Below the pieces are notes generated by a model. The model did no database searches and was not told where the DNA came from. It saw only the letters and a list, made by a program, of their open reading frames with translations. The position numbers and the translations under genes are program-made. This document shows positions 39,589 to 53,764 of a stretch of 64,000 bases of DNA, piece after piece. Within the stretch, counting starts at the first letter, position 1; each line of letters starts with the position of its first letter. The DNA is from Pavona decussata (lineage: Eukaryota), in assembly GCA_977016875.1 (NCBI GenBank), contig CDRNST010000104.1, positions 3,658,001-3,722,000 on the forward strand, in the 5' to 3' direction.

Positions 39589-39632
39589 AACTGAAAGTTA
39601 ACAATTGCGGAACTGAAAGTTAACAATTGCGG
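39589..39632. repeat. 22-bp perfect tandem duplication
   Basis: AACTGAAAGTTAACAATTGCGG x2. Confidence 0.9.
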
Positions 39633-39879
39633 ATTAAACTATCCATGTAATAAAGCTACTCACGCTGTTGTCTGAATTGTCCCGCACGCTTTAACTGAAC
39701 AGGTTTTAATATGTCGTCGTTGATACATGTACTTTTATACTTGAAGATGCTCAACTGCAAAAGTCTTTATATAAGCGAGCAAACTAACGAAACGAACGGA
39801 AACTGACGTAACGGAAAGTTAACGCATTCTTAGCTTGTATTTGTAATTTGTGTACCAACAAAAGATCATTTGAACGTTG

Positions 39880-40290
39880 ATTCATGATGCCTCCTTGGAA
39901 ATTAAAAACCAATTTAACAAACCCCAGCTGTAACAGTTTAACTACCTCAAGGATGTATCAAGAGGATCTGATACCTTACAGACAAGCTACACAACCAGCT
40001 GAATTGAGAAGTTCTTATTCAGGAACAAGACTAACTCAATGCTCTTTGGACCGGAATTAATCGTTGTAGCTTTTTGTAGTCGATGCTGAACGTTTTGTAC
40101 AGCCTGAGGGAATGGAATACACTCGCAAGGATAACTTTCCGTGTCCACCGACATGACAGGAACACGACACAATAGCTTCCAACACTCTGTCAACTTCTTG
40201 GAAATGATACCTGAAGAGTGTATCCTAACTCTTTAACCTTTGTACTCCGTTTTAGTGGGTCTAGCATGAATCAGTAACATTCTAAAGTTG
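39880..40290 (-). mobile_element. Possible highly decayed LINE (CR1/L2-like) 3' fragment
   Basis: Broken minus-strand peptides LRLYKTF...KLQRL...ELLNSAG...ILEVVK loosely resemble the post-RT region of LINE ORF2; frameshifts and stops present. Confidence 0.25.
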
Positions 40291-40339
40291 GAGACGTAAT
40301 TTAAATCCTATAAAGCGTGGCGATTTAAACGAAAATCAT

Positions 40340-40870
40340 TGTGCTTTTTTTTCTGTGATGCTGTATGAATTGAATTAAGGTGGTTTAAACTTTTGAGTCA
40401 GTGAATGAAATCTCTAATAAGTGTAAATGAAAACTATTCTGAACAGTTGTGTCGTTACTCAGGGTACTTTCATGCTGTGGATGAAATCTTATACTATGAC
40501 ATTCAAATAAGAGCCTTGTATGGGTACAACGTTCCTGTGATCCCGTCTAAATACTTATAGGTGAAACTATACCAGGTGTGCATGTACACTTCAAATGAGA
40601 CATGCATGTTAAACGATACGGTTCTCCACTCTTACTTGTTGGCTGTACAGTGTGTTCTATTACTGAGTCTGTGGATGCAATCCTGAAGGTAACCATGAAA
40701 TCAAATCTACTGGGAAGCACTCATTATTGTCAGGTACTGCTTAGTATGTTTTTCAAGGTGGTTCTAAGTTCTAAGCCTGTAGATGAAATTAAACGTTTTG
40801 CCACCATTCAAATAGAAAAGCTACTGTACTGTAATTTTAAATGGTGCTATCTTTCACTTTAATGTGCCGC
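40340..40870 (+). repeat. Degenerate tandem array of the same ~105-bp repeat
   Basis: Repeated TTTGAGTCTGTGGATGAAAT / CATTCAAAT / CAAGGTGGTTCTAA segments. Confidence 0.7.
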
Positions 40871-43800
40871 AGATTCAATTAAACAAATTTTTTTCTCAGT
40901 ATTTGGAATCGTTTAGTGACTGGTTTGTTAACGATTGTGATTTCAGCCATGCAAGATAGCTAGCTTAAACGACATCTTGACCATAGATACGATTTCCCGT
41001 TTTTTAGTATCTCTGGAAGCCGCGTTCCTGGCCCCGGAGACAGTAGGCTTTCACCCTTTAATTTACTTGTCGAGTTATATACATATATATAAAGAAAAGG
41101 TCGTTGCAGCAGAAATCAATGAAACCATGTGCCAGCTTTTTACAAAGATAGGTTTACGGTTTTTTCATGGTCTCGCTGTGTCTTTTTTTTCCGACGTCGT
41201 ATGCGTGGCACCGTGCGTATGTAGGCGAGTAGAAAAAAAAAATGAAAATTTTAGAATTCATTTCCGTCGAAATGTTAACCCCATGTATAAACTGTTGTCA
41301 GAAAATCAAATACGTTTTAAGATACCAAACAAAAAGATGACAATCTGTGGCTCCATCGCAATGCCAAAACTGAATAAGTAATTGAATATTTCGCCACCTC
41401 GCTTCGACGTACTTTTTTTCGTAGAGTCTCTTTCACAGACATTAGTTAATTGTGAAGCGATTTGATTTTGTTGACTTCTACTGAAAGGAGGTTTTGGCGG
41501 GGTGTAGTTAGCGCAAAATTGCATTATAAACACAATGCATGTGCTATAACTACCTTGATCCTTTAAATTTTAAGAATATTGTAGTGCCTCTGTACAGTTC
41601 ACTTGTGAGGTGGTAGGCGGGGAAAGCGAATTAAAAATTAGTCAACAAGAAAAAGATGTTGTCGATCCCTAAAAGCTCGCATTCAATTCAAAGTACTCAG
41701 AACGCTAAAAAGATGTTGATTTTAATTTGTTCGAGATAAACTAAGAAACCATGCAAGATGTTACTTATAAATATGCGAACAGGAAATGCTCTTTTGTTCA
41801 CATTGACTGATGCGTCAACCTCGCTCCGCATAGTAAATTATCTTGCCCTTTGAAATAAATTTCACCGAAAGAAACTGCTTCCAAACTACCACGCTGTGGT
41901 AAAATTGAGTATTCTTTAGAAACTGACGGTGTTATGAAGCCGGAGGTAGTAACAATCGTCGAAAGTCTTAAAAAAAGTATTTTGCGCGCGCCATATAATT
42001 TAATGTGTACAGCCTTAAACATGCACAGTGCTTTCATAACAGCCAAATTTGGATCGCGGAGTCTAAACATAACTCCGTATGGATGCGATAATACCTTGAA
42101 AAACACACAGGCCTTTCAAGGCCAAACTATGTTAGTTGACTACCACAATATTAGGAGAGCGTAAACAAGTTTTCCCAGCGTGTACTTAGTGAATTAGAAA
42201 GAAGTAAACTTGTTCACGATTTACATCTTAATGTGATATCAACTGAAGTGCCTGCGCAATAAGATTTAGGTTACCTCTTGTGATCTTTCCAAGCGTTTGA
42301 AAGACATCGACGATGATCAAGATCATATTAATCTTCTAATAACCACATAAAATCAAAGTTCTCCTCCCCTTACGCGGACACCAAACATTTCAGATTTCAG
42401 TGCTAATATACAAGGCAAGCCTTTTGTTTAGAGGCCACCATTCTCAATTGTTACACCAACAACCAATGAACAAAGACCTTAATCAAATAGCCTTTCAGGG
42501 CCATTGAAATGGGCTGAGAATCAACGCTTGGGTGATATTGTAGTCCTGTTAGTAGGAGCACAATCTTCGCCACAGTGCTAATGAGTCCAAATTTGTCAGA
42601 ATGAAAGCAACCTGTTTTTCTTAAATAAATAACGTCGTGTGTAAACTAATTCTGTGACTGCGTTCCACCTCTTTTTCCTTCCAGTTCCCACGAACTTGCT
42701 TTTGAACAGGCGATTTTCATGCGGATCAGTCATATTAGCCAAGAGGTTAATTACTAAGCACTTAGATAATTACTTGAATCCTTTCCACGCTGTTAACTTT
42801 GTGACCATCACTTGGAAGCTGATGCCAAACGCCAGTTTTGCTCTGAAACCACACTGAATGTGATCAAAAAGTACTGAATACCAGCTATCAAAAGGCTGGT
42901 GCTGGTGGCAGCTGTTGGTATACAAGAAACATGGTAGATAACATGCTTGTTGTTTTCAATATCGACTTCTCTCTTTCCGTTTTTGAAGCTATATAAGCAG
43001 GTTTTAAGGGTAAAGTCATTTTAAATTGTTTCTAATACCCCATGTAAGAAAACATTACGCGGGAGGTTTTCCTAACTAGATGTGTGTAGTTCTTTCCGTT
43101 GCTTATCTCTTCAAAGCAATTCAATATCATTGCCTTAAAAGGTTTTGTAAGCATTATGAAAATAAGGACTGATTGACAAGATATCTTCAGTTCCCGCAAT
43201 TTGACCAACAAGAGACTGACAAACAAAACCACAACTGGCCAACATACAATTTTTGTATCGCAGTAGGTAACTGGTATCGCACGGGTTATGCGTGAGAGTC
43301 CATTCAAGGACTTCAAACTTAAATCAGTGACTGAATTTTGGGCTTCATTTGCAGCTGTCGGAATTACTAACATCACAGCGAGGATCTTTCAGGCACAAAA
43401 ATATTTCATCCGAGTTAACATAACTCGGATCGTTTTCGTTTATTCTCCTTCCAAACGTAACTTTAAACAAAATTTCGAAATTATTCGTTTAGTAATCTAC
43501 TACTTTTTTACACCTTTAAAAATGCAGTGCTAATTAACTAAGCGATCGTATTTATTCTGGGCGGGCCCATATTCACACAAAAATAAACGAGCTATCGTGG
43601 GTTACATTTGCATGTTAAGTTAATTCAGCGAACCTTGTAAAAGGAAAGCTTCACAGTTCAGTATAAACCTAGAGTACATTTAGCGATCTATAACGTGTCG
43701 GAATCTACTTTTCGGGTTTAGGATTAGGGTTTCAAAACTGACTTTCTTCGATCATTCCCCGTACTTGCGTTAGGTTAAGTGTTAATTAGTAATAAGATTC

Positions 43801-46800
43801 TTGAAGACAAAAACCCGGAAGAGAGGCCTGCGACCACATGATGTTTCTTAGCCAGTTACCGCAAAGAGTACAAAAAAAAAATAAAGGGTATTTAAAATTC
43901 TGTCTCAAAAGTTCAACCCAGTCACATAACATGACCAAAAACGTTTGGTGTTGGAGACAAACATTCAAACAAGCTACCAAGCACTGTTTAGTTTACAAGG
44001 GAGGACATGGAGTTCCATATCTTTCAAGAACTGTGTCATTACTTTGGAGTTAAATGACAGATTTGAACCAATCAAAGCACTTGATTATGTGGAAGGGCTA
44101 AACACTCGTGGCATGTCACAAATGTAGCATTCTTGTTCCGTGTTTTATTGAGGAGATCTTGTGAATAGAAACCATGCATTTCCATGTGTTTTTCAAGATT
44201 GATTGGCCTGTGGTGATAATTTTAAAACTTGACCTCCTTTCACGAGAATACAATTACCACAACCACAAAATCCGGTGTTTTAGACTATCTACGTCATCGC
44301 TTTTTCTTCTTAATTTCGTAATTATGTCAATTTGTCTCGGAGGAATAATTCGCGGTTTCCTTTCCGCAGTTTTGAAAACGGTGTTAAAATGATGTGACAT
44401 TCATTGATTGTATGCGAATAAATGATTCTTAACTAGTTTCCAACGTCTATAAACTTCTGATTAAAAACAAGCTAGACATTTAATTAATTAATTAATTAAT
44501 TAATTTGGAGAATGTAGGTGTTCTTTAAGAGAGCCTCAGAAACAAGCCAATCTCATTTGTATACCTCAGTTGTATTCGAACACACGGACTCAAACGCTAA
44601 TTAAATAACAACAACATTCAAATTGAGTCATGGCGCTGCTAAGAGCTTTTTGTAAGCAATTTTATTGCACACCAACAAATACAGGTGAGAGAAGGTGGTC
44701 AAAAAGGCAAGGCACATGCAAGCAGAGAAAGAAGATTTTAAGCGACTGAGGTACCCACCCACTGATGACCATAAGCGAATCCATTCAGTACACTGCTCAA
44801 AAGTGATTAAGACTACGCATTTTTCTTTTGCAATTATTGAAGAGCAATTAATTGGGAACGACTGAGGCTGAAGAATTGAATCACCTTTCGTTTCAATGCG
44901 AGTTTTACTAAGCAGATCACAAAGGTTAGTACCACCTTGTGCAACATAAAAAACAGTACCACTAGGAAGTGCTGCTCAGTAGCCTTCATATGAATGGTCC
45001 CCACACTTCACACTGAAAGACGCAGACTGAAAAGATAAAACCACCCTGTACAACATAATAAACAGTACCACAGGAAGATACAAATTATGAGCAGTTGCAC
45101 TTGTGGCACACTATGCGGGGTATTCGTCAATTCATCCAAAAATTAAAGGCGTCGTGTCCAGCACCACAACAAAAGCTGTTAAAAATGATGGGCGAATAAA
45201 GTTGCTTATTGCTAATTGCTAGTTTTTACGGGCCATTATTGCAGAGAGAGTCAGACACTGACAATAAACACGAACCAGTTATTTTTCTTACAATCCCAAG
45301 TTGACAATTTAAAATATAAAACCATGCCTGATAGCTTCAAATGTGGGCCCCTATCTTGCCTCAACACAATGCAAAGTCCCAAAGGGGCTTTTCCTTACAG
45401 CTCTAGAACTTCAGCTCAAATGGCACGCAGAGCTCCATAGCTGCAGCGCGACTGTAATTAAGTGCCCTTCTCACAATGAGCGCCCACTGTATGAATGACT
45501 TCCTCATAAACGCCCCCTCCACTGAAAAAATGCGTCAATTGTGTAGGCCTTCTTTCCCGACAAATGCCCCTATAAGGGCATTAAAAGTATTGACTCATTT
45601 GACTACTCTGAAGTAGTATTGCTTCTACTTTAACTGTTTTGGTTCTTGTCATTGTTCACGAGGTGCTCGGTTTACAATCTCAGCTGTGTATACGAAAAAT
45701 AAATAATCATGCAAATTGTCTCTAATAAGCGCTCTATGAGATTTAGACGTGAAATATAATATAAACAGTGAAATAAGGACCCGAGTTTAGGAATTCACAC
45801 CGACTCCTTCAAGAATACCCTGTCTTGCTCTTTCACTGATGTGTTACTAGCTTTGTGATCTAATATCGGAATATTTGTTTAATGAATCTGCAGTTAAATT
45901 ATGTTTTACAGAGATCAAAGATAACCACTTGTATTCTTTAAACTCTGTTGAACGCTATGCAACTACGAATCGATGTCAGCTTTCCTTTCTTTATATACAC
46001 TTTCAAGGTTTTGTATTATTTGTATCGGTATCTTTTTAGTGTTGGATAGTTTTATGTTACCTACTGACAACATGCTTTGAAAACAAAGTAAAACCAATCT
46101 GTATACTTTACATGTAAAAAGAAGCTAAATAACAACAAGAGCCTGTAAAGTATATACTTGAACGATTCAATGAATGACGTTTGAAAGGATTAAATGACTA
46201 AATATACCGTTATAATAAAAAAAAAACTTGACCATTGTATTGTTGGTACCCTAGAGTAATGCTAATTCAGGATTCATAAAAAAAGAAGAGCAGGAAAAAA
46301 GAAAAAAACGTTCACACAATGAATCCTTTCTTTGCGAAGATACGACTGAGTCATGGGTCAAGATTCACTTCCGGTTTAGTCAAAAATACTTCAAGCTGCC
46401 ATGGAGATCCGGGAATATGACGTCAAACATCACGTGTAGAGCAGGTTATTTGTATTGTTTGATGGCTTTCTTGGCATTTCCTTTCAGGAAGTTCTCAGGA
46501 AGTAGACGAAATTTTGTAATCAAGCAGAGGTTGTCTGGTTTCATGAAACATGCAATAGACAAAACTCAATATTATGTAGCACGTTAATTGTTTACGACAG
46601 AAAACTAATTATGTCATCAAGTCAACTTTTTAGATGTTACTTTCACGGTTACGAGGTGCTTCAGGCCAAAAAATCGCAAATCGAATTTCTGAAGGAGTTC
46701 ATTCTTAACGCCCGTTGTGACGGACAAAATGAAAGCTCGTTTCCGGTGGGAAGATATCGGGATTGAAATGATCACCGTAAACAACGAAGAATTCATCAGC

Positions 46801-49384
46801 TAACGAAAACACTGAAATATCGCTCTCCAAAGAAAAGAACACCTTTTTCCCCTAATTTCGCATAAGGGTTGTTGATCACCGAAAGAGCGATCGCAACCTT
46901 TAGCAAGTTAGTTATTCTACCCGAAACCTGTCATTCACCCCATTTGGATAACAATTTTCTCCTTCTTGAATTTCGTTTCTAATTTACCGATAAACCAATT
47001 TCACTGCCGACCCGCTCTTCAGTGATCAAGCACAACTAATTTGCCTTCACCTTCATACAAATAAAGATTACTGCCAATTTAGGTCACTCTGTAGAGCTAG
47101 TGCATAGTAACTCGGCTAATTAATTAGTTGCTTACCACACTAATCTTAAATACAAACATGGCACTGACGAAGCCGGGATCTTGTGTTCAGTGCAAAAATT
47201 AAAACTTCATTTTCGAGCTCTGCGCTTCGCTTTCCATAGAAATGCGTTTGGAACTTGAAAGTGTATCTTTCACTCCGACTGGTGTTGTTGGGAGTGTTTT
47301 GACGTGAAATCAACCCTCTTGTGGGCAAATGGGTCGCCGACTCATTAAGGCGGGAATATCTCAGCCAAATAGGTGCGCGTGAAAATGACTCGACGGCGCT
47401 TGGTTGAAACTTTTTCATGGCAGAAATATTGTTAAATGTTGCCAGATGAATAGAGATTTGGTAGTTGTATTAGCGGGCCAGTGAAACAAATAGCGTTGTT
47501 TGGCACGCGTTCATTTCATTGGGGGTGTTACCGTACTTGCAATGTACATACACAAGAGTAAATAAAATCCGTAATATCACTCACCAATCGTCACTGGAAT
47601 TTTTTTCCCCCGACTCTGGGTGAAGGTCGTTCACTGGTTTGAAGACCACGTGGTCAGTTGTAAACTGTTGTTTGGGAGAGGTGCATTCGCATGGAAAACA
47701 GGATCCAGGGAAACGCACAGCAGTCGAGTTTATTTAGCGTTGAGCGCTTTCCATGGCTCAGCGCGCAGGAGCGAATGAATGTTTGATCCGACATCAAATG
47801 CGTATCGACATCATTTCCTGTGCTGTGTTCGCGTGACTCCCGGGGGACTTTAGAAGCTCGAAATGTCGACGAAAGCCAATGAAATGCGCGCAAAGCCAAC
47901 TTAGCTGTTTTTGATATGATTTTCGCGTTTCTGGTTTGAATTTATCACTCAAGAGGGCAGGTTGTTTTATTGTTGTTATATTGCAGTACGCTATAGGATT
48001 ACCGGAATCGACTGGTCAAAAGTACATTAACCAGCGATCTTAAAATTTCGAGAACAAGCTGTAGGAACTGGTTATGAACTCTGGAAATTCAATCAAGGAA
48101 CCGATCACAACAACCCTCTCGTGGCTGTGGCATGGTTTTTGTCGGGGATTTTTTTGATTATTGATGAAGGAAGCACCTTCTAAATGCTAAGTATGGAATA
48201 AAATCCAGTCCGTAGACCTTCATTCCGAGACTTTATCCCCAGTCAAAATAATCCAGTGAATCCCTTGGCAAAGGGCCAGAATACACATCATATGTGGCCC
48301 GTACCTGAGGTAGCTCTCCACTTCTCCACTGCAGACAAAGAAAGCATCTGGATATAACCAATCAAGCAATGTGATTGGCTCCCTATTATTGGCTATCTAG
48401 CAACATCGCACCGGTAGAGAAGTCACTAGACTTACGCAGTTAGAAGGCATATCAAAACAGTCTGTAGTTTTCGCCTTCGTCCGTCGTGCGAACGCTCGTG
48501 GTCCTACGCTTTCTGTCCTTTCTTTCGCCCTTGGTCATTTTGCACTTTTGTTCCTCGTTTTCGCGTTGTTATTCGTACTTTTCAAGAACAAGGGAACTGA
48601 AGGGAGTCTCTGTTCCAGCTGGGCATACTCCAGTGAGAAAAACTACCGAGTACGTCACCGTTTCCACGCGGCAAGTGATTTTCACGCAAGCTCTCGTGTT
48701 CAGTCTGCTGTGGAAAGAAGCAGTTGTCCGGCGAAGGAAGCAAACACACTTCTTTTTATAAAATCATATCATAATCCAGGGTCTGTTTATGTGACGAAAA
48801 CAGCTTGCGCTCGGCTCCGTTCGTAAATAGCTTTATAGGCAATTGGCGATACAGTATGAAGCGTAAACGCCTGTAACTGTATAGGTATGTACTAGTGACA
48901 CACGCGCGGTAGGCTAAAGCGATCAGCGAGGGTAGGTACAAAGCCAGCGTAGAACTAGGGAGAGATGTGAGAAATATACATCCCTAAAATATTTTTAGGA
49001 CGATTTTGCGATAGTTCGAGGTTGTTGTTAACAAAACAATTATTCTTCTCGCACTTGTTAGATACGAGTTGCCCACGATTGGGCAAAATGCATCACGTGA
49101 CGTAGTATCTCTTAACTTTTACCGGGGCATATCAGATGATCTTCCTGCAAGTGATACATACCTGTACTTTTCGAAACTTGAGTCGCTTTAATGCGACAAA
49201 GATGTTGTCGGGACTGACATTTTAATTGATACAGAAGAGCTCTTCACTGCTGGAACTGAGATGGCATCTAGAAATGAGCAGTGTCGAGAAAAACACTGGC
49301 AAGTAACATCTTTGCGTGCTTTTACTCAAGACAGCAAGGCTTTCAACGAAAACTTTTGACGGGTGGCCAGCACAATAACCTTAA

Positions 49385-49793
49385 GGTGGGGGTAAACGTG
49401 AATTTGAATGGGATTTTTAGAGGTTTGAAGAAGAGATAAAAGAAAGAAAATGATTTTTAAAACACCCACAGACAGTTGATACCCACACAAGAGCACCCCA
49501 GGTTTCTAGTGGACTAACTGGGTATCCGTCTATTAATTATTAACTACAAATTCTAATTTTAAAACCTCACTAAATCTTTGATATTTCTTATTTCTCTTAA
49601 TTTTACCAATCCTTCAAGAAAAACTATCTCCTCCCAAATATACCCCAAATTCACCTAAAAATTCACAAAACACCCAATAACATTGGTTTCCGTTTTAAGC
49701 AGAGAGATTTTGGATTGCTTGAAACGTGAACGAGATATTTCCACGAAACCGATTTGAATCGGCATGAAAACGGCTTTCAGGTTTACCCCCGCC
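49385..49793. mobile_element. Non-autonomous DNA transposon with TTAA target-site duplication (Kolobok-like termini)
   Basis: TTAA|GGTGGGGGTAAACGTGAA ... TTCAGGTTTACCCCCGCC|TTAA; 18-bp TIR with 2 mismatches. Confidence 0.8.
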
Positions 49794-50076
49794 TTAATTT
49801 GGCTTTAATATAAATGGATATTTGTCCTTGGATATATATCGTCAAATCCTTTAAGCTTGTAGTTTGAATCTAGCTTCGCTTTTGGAAGATTGCTTAGTTT
49901 TCAGGGGGGGGGGGGGGGTGTGGTGTGCGGACAAATATTTGTGTCAATTTCGCGCCTCGTCAGTTGACTAAAAGAATTGCATCATAGTGATTGGCTGAGA
50001 GCAGGCGATCGTTTCCGTCGAGAAGCAGCTCAGCACGGGGAGGATTACCTAAAAGCAAACACACAACCTAAACTAG

Positions 50077-52940
50077 TGGGGGGGGACAGGGGGGCGGGAG
50101 CCCGGGAGAATAGGGGGCGGGAGGGGTACGGGAGACGGGAGAGGAAAGGGCGGGAGGCGGGAGTTCTAAGAGGACGGGAAGCGGGAGAGCAATACAAAAC
50201 GGTGAATTTTTGTGTCTACGGCTTCTAGAGAAGCGTAGACACTATGTCATCGGGTTGAGTGAAAGAGTGAAAGAGTGAAAGAGTGTAAGAGTGTAAATGC
50301 CACAGGAATCCCAAATAAAATACTATCGAATCCTCGACTGACGGAGATCTAAGCGATTGTATTTGGGGATCAGGACAATGGCGACAATACGGTAAATGAT
50401 GTTTTTCGATGTTGATTTGCTTTTTACAAATAGTTTAAGTGATGATTTGAACCAGAATTCTGTAACTTCTGTAATTTTCATCGCAAACGTACCCGAATTT
50501 ACTGCGAGTGATCGCTTACAAACACGGAGTGCCTTCAAATTTTACGTGCGTGTTTGCACGCACGCATCAAAACTGAAAGTTTTTTGCCTCTAATAGCAAA
50601 TGCGTCGTTTATTTCAATAAAATGTTTTTTTTAGAAAGCTTTTTGTTGATTTTTGTGTCTTTGTCAATTCATATATGCGTTTGAGAAGCGACAAATGCGT
50701 AATCAAGGACAATTTGCATAAGCGGGTTGAAATTTCATATGCCAAAGGTCTTCATCAACATGCCATGAATTTTGGCAATATTTTTGCGTTCAAGTGTGTT
50801 TTTCGGCAAATGATTAATAGGTAACCATATTATTTTACGTCAGCTTTGGAAGCCAACGATATTTATTTATCTACTGCGCATTTTATCCAGTTTAAACCGC
50901 TCTAGGAAAAAATTAATTTATGCGAAAACTATGGAAACACGACAGGAGTCAAAGGGTTAAAGAATGATACTTGCCATTCATTAGTTCAGTATAGATTAAT
51001 TAATAGTTTCTGTTGCATTTTATGCCTACGTTTCAGATTAGAACTTTGCTTTCAGTACTTTATGTTTAGAACTTTGCTGCATTGCTTTTAATACAAAGTT
51101 GTGGTTCACGTTGTAAGATTATATAATATATTGTTTATGTTAGAATAAAGTTACAGTTCTCTGCATACAAAATGTTTGTGGTAAACGATACCAGCTTAAT
51201 CTCTTCTCACCAGTATTCTGTGCAACATTTTACGACCATTTTTCTTTTATCTCTATCCTATTTCCACTCCTCCCTCTTCGTTTTCATTTCAGTCTTATTT
51301 TCCTTTTCTTCGATTCTTTTATAGCACATTTCTATACCAGTACTGCAGTAGACACATGCAGTCTGAGACTGCCTATTTTTTTACTTATTAATGCGTTAGA
51401 ATACTATCAAAAAAAGAACTCAACAATGTTGTACAATGTTATTTGTCTTCCATTTAGCGTCCTCCGAGGCTTTACGCAATATTTTATATCCGAGGGCACA
51501 CGAAAATTCGTGCTCAGGCGATAAACAGGGTTACTTCCGGTGAAATTGTAAACCCTTTCATTGTGTTACGTCATAGCTTATGAAATGTCAAGCGTGGCAT
51601 GTGTACACATATGTGAGTGCCGCGCAAGTTTTTAGAAGTCTCAAAAGAGGTGAGCAAGGCGAGCAAGTACGCGTCTTGTAAATTTAGTATCAGAGATTCA
51701 ATGTGGTGTCCATTTTAGTAGTTCTTAGTATTTTTCAGTACGGTAGTGAGAAATCTGGGGCATGGACGACCTCTCCCAATGACCGTCAATCGGACCGTAC
51801 TAAAGATTTTGCTGCATGGTGTATGGGAATTTACGAACAGAATGCTGTTTCAATGAGCATGTGAGAGTGCGGAGTGGTTCGTTTCACGACACCGTTTTTC
51901 GTTTAATGGACAAGGCAGAATCGATTCCTATTACAATAGGCAGCCAAACAGCATGGGAAGCAATCAGGAACGACTTTATAGAAAAGAGGAGTAGGATTAG
52001 GAGTAGGAGGAGATCAGTGCAGCCTCCTCGGCACATTGATGAAGACTTCTTTTTGATGAACAGTTTGTCCGGCCTAATTTCGGACGCTTTTTGCATTTAA
52101 TGCAGTAATTCTTTCCTCAGAGCAGTAGCAACGAGCTTAGAATTCACCACCAGTAACCCAGAGATTTAAACCTTGGATTGAAAGAAGGTCCTAAAGTTTC
52201 ATTTTACCTTTTCCCGAACTAAAAGCAATTTTTTCACGCAGTTTTAGGGAGTAAGGATATCGAGAAAGATATCAAGATTATAATTAGTGTATCAAGTAAA
52301 CGCGATGGATCCGCAATAAGGCGCCGAGAATTAGGGAGATGTACCGAACTCTAAACTGGGGCGTTTGGCTGCCAGCTCGCCATGTCCTACTTCCCTATTT
52401 GAATTACATGATCCCAACAAATGAATAATTAAGAAATGCAACAACTATTACACTGCACGATGGACAAGACTGTTGTCACTGAAAGAATGGTTAAACCGTC
52501 AAACAAGACGAACATGTTAGTCAAAAATTAAATACAAACAGCGGTGATAAACATAATAAACTTGCGCATTTTAACTTGACGTAGCTTATGAAACATCAAG
52601 TTACATAAAATGCGCAAGTTTATTATGTTTATCGCCGCTGCTTGTATTTTATTTCTGATCAAGCTACGATGGCTCGAGAACAAAAGTCTTTATGTTAGTC
52701 AAAACTCCATTAACTCAGAGTACAAAAGCTATCAATAATGTTAACGTTATTCAAAATATATATAGTAAAAAATTGAATAATGAAAGGCCTACGAATGGTA
52801 CGTCCTGGTACAGCTTTGTGACTAATACAGGTTTTGAAGCCTTCTATTACTCGGGGACGGGAGAAACGCGAAAAAGGGCGGGAGGCGGGAGGCACAGGTA
52901 CGGGAGGCGGGAGGTTCTGACCCCCCTGTCCCCCCCCCCA
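50077..52940. mobile_element. ~2.9-kb non-autonomous DNA transposon with G-rich TIRs and subterminal GCGGGAG repeats
   Basis: TGGGGGGGGACAGGGGGG ... CCCCCCTGTCCCCCCCCCCA; CGGGAG arrays near both ends; flanks AAACTAGT/AAACTAAC look like a decayed TSD; no transposase ORF. Confidence 0.7.
52521..52658. mobile_element. Palindromic MITE/hairpin nested in the larger element
   Basis: AAATACAAACAGCGGTGATAAACATAATAAACTTGCGCATTT mirrored by AAATGCGCAAGTTTATTATGTTTATCGCCGCTGCTTGTATTT. Confidence 0.8.
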
Positions 52941-53491
52941 AACTAACGGAGCACCAGAATGGCCAAATATATGGGTAAATAATGCTGAATCAACGTGGAC
53001 ACAGCTAGAGGCAGTAAAGACCGGAGTCGACAACGCCGATGTTTGCTACAAGAAATCGGAAGATTATTGGGTATTCATAAGCCCACAATATTTGATTAGG
53101 AAATCACCATGTACAAATAGAAACAGCAGACACAGTGTACCAAAGACAGCTGAAAACCTAAGATTATGCCATTATTTTTGCCAGACAAATGCAGTTGAAA
53201 ATGAACTTCATATTTTGTTCTCCTGTAAACTTATCACAATTGCTTAATGACATAACTGAAAAATTCACTTTTTTAAAAAATCGATCTTAATACAAATGCA
53301 AAACTTCTGTTCCTCTTGATTTAATGGTATCGACCCAGTTATTTGAATGGTTGCTTATATTTACGAATGCATAAACTGTAGACAAAATATGTTGTTCCAA
53401 CGGCTGATGTTATGAGTTTTAATAATTTTAGATAGGTAAGGCCATGCATAGATATGAAAATACTTTAATCATCCTTGGAGTCCCAGGGGTA

Positions 53492-53608
53492 GCTAGTCGG
53501 GTGGAAGGAATTGTCATGGGAGGAAGTTTACCACAAGAACGGGAGAGCCTCTCCCGTTCTTGCGGTAAACTTTCGCTCACAATTGAAAATCCCTTCCACC
53601 CGACTAGC
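53492..53608. mobile_element. Palindromic hairpin MITE
   Basis: Outer arms GCTAGTCGGGTGGAAGG/CCTTCCACCCGACTAGC; inner 23-bp stem with 1 mismatch and a 3-nt loop. Confidence 0.8.
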
Positions 53609-53644
53609 CGAATCACATGGATAATGTGGGGTTGGCGCTTTGCC

Positions 53645-53732
53645 TCGATCAATCGATCGATCGATCGATCAATCAATCAATCAATCAATCAATCAGTTAC
53701 TTTAAATCATTATATTCAGTCTGTCAGTTAGA

Positions 53733-53760
<28 letters not shown>
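53645..53760. repeat. Compound (GATC)n/(AATC)n microsatellite
   Basis: Visible tetranucleotide runs. Confidence 0.9.
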
Positions 53761-53764
<4 letters not shown>

